A stretch of 64,000 bases of DNA from Podarcis melisellensis (taxonomy: Eukaryota): NCBI GenBank assembly GCA_964234715.1, contig OZ174275.1; one strand, written 5' to 3'. Numbering within the stretch: position 1 is the stretch's first letter; every line of letters starts with the position of its first letter. The notes under the pieces are model-generated. The model was not told where the DNA came from and ran no database searches. It saw only the letters and a program-made list of their open reading frames with translations. Positions 60,796 to 64,000 of the stretch are shown here, piece by piece. The position numbers and the translations under genes are program-made.

Positions 60796-61839
60796 AATAC
60801 TGCATAGTATTTCTGGCTACAGTGTGTTTTGTTCATTCTCCTGTTTGTTTTCCATAATCTGCCTACCCTACTGCCAGACCTGAAAAGATAATGACCATTG
60901 CACATCTGTTGGATTCTATTTCCTCGTAATTATATTTTTGGAGATGTGATTTTTTAAATATAAAAATGCTTAGCAGATGCTGGCACGACACGCTTTGAGA
61001 ACCTTTGATCAAGATTATTTCCATTTAGTCTCTTACTGGAGATGTTCAAGGGCAAAGTCAAGGCATTCTTGAATGCTAGACTAAACAACTGGCATCTATA
61101 ATGCATATTTTCCTACGTTTTTGTTGTTGCATAATTCACTCAATCTTGGGGGTTTTTCCCCCTTCAGTTTTTGTTGTATGCAATTATGGCATATAAAACT
61201 GCACCATCAAATTGGTATCTGCTACAACAAGCAGCACAAAGAGTCTTAGTGTCATTCTTAAATCTTTTTTTTTAAAGGAGGAGGAAAAAAAAGCTTTGCA
61301 GGAATTTTGATACTATAAGCTACACCTTTCCCAGCATGTTTGGCCATGCCAGGAAGTGGAATATTTCAATGCATACATTGTATTCTGAAAGCAATTTAAA
61401 TGTTCTTAGGAGAAGGGCTCATATTCCTGTAATAAATGTGTGTGCACCAGCAAGGACAAAAGGTGTGTGTGGGGGGGGGTCTTGTACAAACAGATGCCAT
61501 ATTTGATGCATTCATTAACTTTCTGTCACCTAACAGCTTGCTGCATTCAGGATTTGATCTTACCTGACCTTATATACTCACACAAGCACCAAAATCAATA
61601 TTTGATATTGCTTCCAATCCCCTTTCTCAATTTCCGGAACATCATTACATTTTGGAAGATTACGACCCTGACTGACTCCAACCACAAACAGCCAAGCACT
61701 AGGTCCACAGTCCACTGGCAAGTTCTCCTGCACAAACACCACCACAACCAGTGAAGAGATGCACGTTTTCTTTTATTTAATTGGGCAAGAAAACTTCTCA
61801 GCTGCCCTAAAGTAATTTGAAGGCTCCCCTACATGCAGG

Positions 61840-61872
<33 letters not shown>

Positions 61873-62200
61873 TGTACCCCACCCATCTGACTGGGTTGCC
61901 CCAGCCACTTTGAGCAGCTTCCAGCATATACAGAAACATAATAAAACACCCAGCAATAAAATGTTCCCTGTACAGGGCTGCCTTCAGATGTCTTCTAAAG
62001 GTTGTGTATCTCCTTGACATCTGATGGGAGGGTGTGTGCCACTACCGAAAAAGCCCTCTGCCTGGTTCCCTGTAACCTCACTTCTCGCCGTGAGGGAACT
62101 GCCAGAAGCCCTCAGAACTAGATCTTAGTGTCTGGGCTGAATGATGGGGGTGGAGATGCTCCTTCGGGTCTACAGGGCTGAGATCAGCACCAACACTTTG
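61840..62200 (-). mobile_element. L2 LINE 3' end with (AAT)n tail
   Basis: Reverse complement of the 48742-48970 element, extending further 5'. Confidence 0.75.
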
Positions 62201-64000
62201 GAGGATGCTATGGAATCAGATGTAGGTTGCCTCTAGTTTAGCCTATAAGAACTTTTGCAAGATGGATTCACTCACATACTGGAAATTTATGTCTGAGCAA
62301 TTAAAGTGAAGTGAAGTACTTTGTCACAACATATCCACTTAAAAGAAAACACAGTGGGCCTTTTGCAGTTAGGAAGGTGACATGGAAATGCACAGGCAAC
62401 ATGGGATGAATGACCAATTGACAGGAAGATGTATATACTCCATGCAGGCAAATCAGGACGAACATCTACTTTTGTACAACCTCCCCACAAACAAATCTGA
62501 ACAACTGCTCAACGAAGAGTGAACACTGTTGAACCTCTGTGTGAGCTTTGTACAAGCAAATCAGGACGAGTGCTATAGATAACTCTAGGTATAATGAAGA
62601 TCCTGGGGCCCAGCTGCTTCACTCACTGCTGGGGTATCAAAACTGTTCAGGTACTTCCATAAAATACCAAAACCTTGAATTGGTACATGCAGAAGAACCC
62701 TTCTGATATACCCTAACAACTAAGAAAACCTAAAGGCTTCTCTCTCCCTTTCTCCGCTCTGAAACTCAAAGCGTGAAGCCCTTCCTCAATCAGAGTGGCC
62801 ACTTTTTCTTTAGTCAAGTTTCTTCTTCTTTAGTTATGTTAATACTTTCAAAGCAGCAAAAGCAAACCTGGGAAGAAAAGGGATGAAAACTCAAGCGCCG
62901 TCTTCATTTTTAACATTCATTTAGCATTCTGCTATGTGAAACCACACCAAACCCTTAATGTCCCATTCTTCATTATTACCTGGGTGAAGGGAAGCATCTT
63001 AAACCCCAGTAATTCAAGTTCAGCAGAAACATCATCTGCAAAGTGAAACATCACTGGCTTCTCCCCCTCCCCCACATGCACATGCACACACACAATGTGA
63101 GCTAAAGGCCCTTTCCAGAGAGTCGCTACTTTTGGGGTGGGACCTAGCCACATACTGGCAAATTCAGCACACGGATTATAATTGATTGGGAGGCTGTGCA
63201 CAACATATCTACTTCCCACCCCCAAGCTGGACTTTTGTGATAAGAAAAGTGATGAGGAAATGCACTGGAAATTTGGCACAATGGCACCTAGCTTTCCCAC
63301 AAATGTGGTGCAAAATCAGGATGAATGCTCGACAAACAGGTCATCTGGAAGTGTCCTTAACTCTGATCATGGGAGAGAAGTGCTGATAACATTACAGCAT
63401 TTCCACAACACCTCCAGAAAAATTAAGAGGCATTAAGAATTGGCAATAGAGAATGGCACAATTATCAACCGATATCAACAGTCTCATGGCACCTTAAAGA
63501 CAAACTGATTTATTGTGGCATAAGCCCTCTGTGGACACCTTGCAGCCCCTCTGTATTACCCCACCTCAATGTTGTTCCAGAGGGTCCCCTCCCCAGGTTT
63601 CCGGAGCAGATTTCCAGGGAGCACAGGAAGCTACAGGGCAAGTTGCTGAAAACTGCTTCTGTGAGAGCAGGATCTTAGCCTTAGTCTTTCAAGGTGCTAC
63701 AAGATTCTGTTGTTGTTTCTACTGCAGCAGATTAACACAGTTGGCTCTCTAGAAATTCGAAACCAGAAACACACTGACCGAGAATAGCGACCATATGCAA
63801 GGTCAGAGCTTTTTTTTTTTTTACGCAGAGCTGGAATTAGCATGGAAGACCTCTATGCCCACAGGTTGCAATCCTAAGTGTTGGGAGTTGGTCTCACTGG
63901 ATCCTGTAGGGCTTACTTCTGAGCAAATGGGATTCAGTAAAGTGCATCAGAACCAACCCCAATGCATGACCCGATAACTCTTACTAAAATGCATTCACAT

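Noticed and set aside
62448-62569. 14-bp direct repeat GCAAATCAGGACGA
   Set aside because: Only two copies with no array structure, TIRs or tail; likely a small local duplication.

Overview
Vertebrate genomic DNA from a squamate reptile, probably a lacertid lizard judging from the Sauria SINE, Squam3-like SINE, L2/CR1/RTE and MITE content. It carries four spliced genes in the same order and relative orientation as human 2q14 (window reversed): first coding exon of TMEM37 (-, in a CpG island; rest of the gene lies left of the window), complete DBI/ACBP (-, 4 coding exons, 88 aa), complete C2orf76/UPF0538 (+, 5 coding exons, 126 aa, head-to-head with DBI), and the complete STEAP3 coding region (-, 4 coding exons, 488 aa; upstream non-coding exons not located). 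A 5'-truncated GAPDH processed pseudogene lies between C2orf76 and STEAP3. There is one 157-nt assembly gap. Most ORFs in the supplied track are spurious. I found no convincing new protein-coding system. The most striking observation is a Sauria SINE with a 5'-inversion (twin-priming) architecture and a perfect 14-bp TSD. Other points of interest are an Ala-to-Gly change in the DBI-derived ODN neuropeptide, a CCAAT-bearing MITE in the DBI/C2orf76 divergent promoter, several homeodomain/POU-motif-dense blocks that look like conserved enhancers, and a candidate p53 element upstream of STEAP3. Repeat family names come from recalled consensus features, not database searches.
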